NCBI GenBank assembly: GCA_965207455.1
Contig: CBDBMJ010000001.1
Coordinates: 992,001 to 1,056,000 of the forward strand
DNA length: 64,000 nt
Direction: 5' to 3'
DNA from: Bdellovibrionota bacterium
GTDB taxonomy: Bacteria > Bdellovibrionota > UBA1018 > CAIPTA01 > JAALKR01
Numbering within the stretch: position 1 is the first letter of the stretch; every line of letters starts with the position of its first letter. Below the pieces are notes generated by a model, which was not told the origin of the DNA, searched no databases, and saw nothing but the letters and a program-made list of their open reading frames with translations. Below are positions 61,764-64,000 of the stretch, piece after piece. Both the position numbers and the translations under genes were made by a program.

Positions 61764-63425
61764 TTAAAAGTTAGCGGGCTCAGAGTACGTTCCAAATTCT
61801 TCTCGAAAGATGTCGCAAATTTCTCCAAGGCTTGCATACTCTTTCACTGCATCGATGAGACTGGGAATAACATTTTCTCCAGAACAACAGGCTTGCCGTA
61901 CATTTTTCAACCTTTTATTTAACTCCGTTTTATTACGACCCGCCATTATTTTCCTCACATCCTCCACTTGTTTTTGTTCTAAGTTGCTATCAATCACCAA
62001 AACAGGTATTTCATCTTTCAAACCCTCATCAACATATTGATTCACACCCACAATGATTTTTTCTTTTCTATCCAATTGTTTTTGGTAATGGTAGGCTGCT
62101 TGAGCAATTTCATTTTGAGGAAAGCCTTCATGAATTGCTGCGATCATACCACCCATCTCATCCAGTTTGTTAATATACTCCAATGCCTCTTTTTCCACCT
62201 TATTTGTCATATCTTCCACAAACCAGGATCCTCCCAAAGGATCCACCGTATTAATAATTCCACTTTCCTCTGCAATGATTTGCTGAGTACGCAAGGCAAC
62301 TTTTACTGCTTGCTCCGTGGGAAGGGATAGAGTTTCATCCATGGAGTTAGTGTGTAGAGAGTTTGTGCCCCCTAGAACGGCTGCCAGAGCTTGCATAGTT
62401 ACTCTAGCCACATTGTTCATGGGTTGCTGAGCAGTCAAAGATACTCCAGCCGTCTGGGCATGGGTTCGCAACATCATGGACTTGGTGTCTTTGGCATTAA
62501 AACGCTCCTTCATTATTCGAGCCCAAATTCTTCGAGCTGCACGAAATTTAGCAATCTCTTCAAAAAAATCGTTATGTACGTCGAAGAAAAAACTTAATCG
62601 AGGGGCAAAAGAATCCACGTCTAAACCACGCTTTATGGCATCCTCCACGTATGTAATACCATTATATAGGGTAAAAGCTAATTCTTGAACAGCAGTCGCC
62701 CCAGCTTCCCGAATGTGGTAACCAGAAATGGAAATACTATTCCAACGGGGAAGTTCCTTTGTGGAAAACTCCACAAGATCCGTCACTAATTTTAAACTCG
62801 GCTCTGGTGGACAAATCCATTCCTTCTGAGCAATAAATTCCTTGAGCATGTCTGCTTGAATGGTGCCGCCCAGTTTATTTCGAGGAACTCCTCTGTTATC
62901 TGCCATGGCTACATACATGGCCAGTAATATAACTGCTGGCGCGTTGATGGTCATGGATGTGGTTACTTCTCCTAGAGGTACTTTGTGGAAAAGAATTTCC
63001 ATATCAGCTAGTGTGGAAACATTTACTCCCTCACGACCTACTTCTCCCTTGGCTAATTCATGGGTGGCATCATAGCCCATCAGCGTTGGCATATCAAAAG
63101 CAGTAGATAGGCCCATTGTTCCCTGAGATAATAAATAATGGAAACGCTTGTTGGTATCTTTGGGAGAACCAAAACCTGCAAATTGTCGCATGGTCCACTT
63201 TCGTCCACGGTACATATCGGGCTGCACTCCACGGGTAAAGGGATATTGACCAGGATAACCAATGTCTTCTGCCACATCTGTTTGAGAAATATTCTCATCG
63301 GTAGCAACGGTGGCAACCTCCATGTCTGAAATAGTTGTGAATTTTTTTCCTTCATAGATCTTTTTATTTTTCAATATGTGGGGCTCAAGAACTTCCTTGC
63401 GCCACTTACGTTCTTCTTCCATCAT
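61764..63425 (-). CDS. Acyl-CoA mutase large subunit, isobutyryl-CoA mutase (IcmA)-type residues
   Basis: PGQYPFTRG, WTMRQFAG, KEFIAQKE, SISGYHIREAG, DPLGGS. Confidence 0.88.
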   Translation of the reverse strand: MMEEERKWRKEVLEPHILKNKKIYEGKKFTTISDMEVATVATDENISQTDVAEDIGYPGQYPFTRGVQPDMYRGRKWTMRQFAGFGSPKDTNKRFHYLLSQGTMGLSTAFDMPTLMGYDATHELAKGEVGREGVNVSTLADMEILFHKVPLGEVTTSMTINAPAVILLAMYVAMADNRGVPRNKLGGTIQADMLKEFIAQKEWICPPEPSLKLVTDLVEFSTKELPRWNSISISGYHIREAGATAVQELAFTLYNGITYVEDAIKRGLDVDSFAPRLSFFFDVHNDFFEEIAKFRAARRIWARIMKERFNAKDTKSMMLRTHAQTAGVSLTAQQPMNNVARVTMQALAAVLGGTNSLHTNSMDETLSLPTEQAVKVALRTQQIIAEESGIINTVDPLGGSWFVEDMTNKVEKEALEYINKLDEMGGMIAAIHEGFPQNEIAQAAYHYQKQLDRKEKIIVGVNQYVDEGLKDEIPVLVIDSNLEQKQVEDVRKIMAGRNKTELNKRLKNVRQACCSGENVIPSLIDAVKEYASLGEICDIFREEFGTYSEPANF

Positions 63426-63433
63426 AAACCTCC

Positions 63434-64000
63434 CTAATCCTTCAATTCAAAAGCAGCTATTACCATTCGTTGTACCTCACTGGTACCTTCGTAAATTTCA
63501 GTAATACGCTGATCTCGATAATAACGTTCCACGGGATATTCTTTACAAAATCCATACCCTCCATGAAGTTGCAATGCCTTGTCTGTAATAAAATTCGCTG
63601 ACTCCGAGGCATAAAGTTTAGCCATGGCAGCCTCTTTGGTAAAGTTCTTTCCCTGATCTTGCAGACTAGCTGCTTTCCATACCAAAAGACGGGAAGCTTC
63701 CAAACGAACCGCCATATCCGCAATCATAAATCGAGGCACTTGGTGCTCCCCTATTGCCTTCCCAAATACTTCCCTTTCTTTTATAAATTTCTTTGCTGCC
63801 TCCAAAGCAGCCCGGGCAATACCCAAAGCCTGAGCTCCAATACCTACACGACCAGTATCCAGCACAGCCATGGCAATTTTAAAACCCATGCCTTCCTTTC
63901 CCAACAAAGCCTTTTTGGGAACTTTTACATTTTCAAAAATCAACTGAGAGGTACTGCTCCCCCGAATACCTAATTTTTTTTCCAATTTACCCACACTTAA
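63434..64000 (-). CDS. Acyl-CoA dehydrogenase (short/branched chain), 5' part outside the window
   Basis: KLGIRGS, LDTGRVGIGAQALG, QLHGGYG, IYEGTSEVQR. Confidence 0.92.
   Translation of the reverse strand, partial: LSVGKLEKKLGIRGSSTSQLIFENVKVPKKALLGKEGMGFKIAMAVLDTGRVGIGAQALGIARAALEAAKKFIKEREVFGKAIGEHQVPRFMIADMAVRLEASRLLVWKAASLQDQGKNFTKEAAMAKLYASESANFITDKALQLHGGYGFCKEYPVERYYRDQRITEIYEGTSEVQRMVIAAFELKD

Noticed and set aside
24902..63973. Many short ORFs antisense to or nested in hppA, clpX, dusB, mvaA, top6 and the mutase genes
   Set aside because: Shadow ORFs of confident genes with no independent motifs

Overview
Bacterial chromosomal window. The gene content (topoisomerase VI, class II HMG-CoA reductase, RCC1 and BspA lipoproteins, many orphan secreted proteins) suggests a Bdellovibrionota-like organism; this taxonomy is inference only. 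Housekeeping blocks are tatA, rplY, bcp, an opp/dpp ABC operon, hppA, pepP, rpoZ-clpX-clpP, dusB, ygfZ, HMGR, top6B/A and a B12-dependent acyl-CoA mutase pair. They are interleaved with AT-rich accessory regions. Highlights: (1) an AT-rich, LysR-associated five-gene operon (28.9-35.5 kb) with the full N-N bond-forming (hydrazine synthetase) set: cupin-MetRS-like fusion, MbtG-type N-hydroxylase and DAO-like oxidase, plus a GNAT and an EamA exporter, with no NRPS/PKS; (2) a tRNA-Leu(UAG) interrupted by a 329-nt ORF-less group I intron; (3) a mosaic array of five paralogous secreted-protein genes with a shared leader hairpin and IS relics, bracketed by two beta-barrel paralogs (47.7-55.5 kb); (4) many perfect tandem duplications, two of which frameshift genes.
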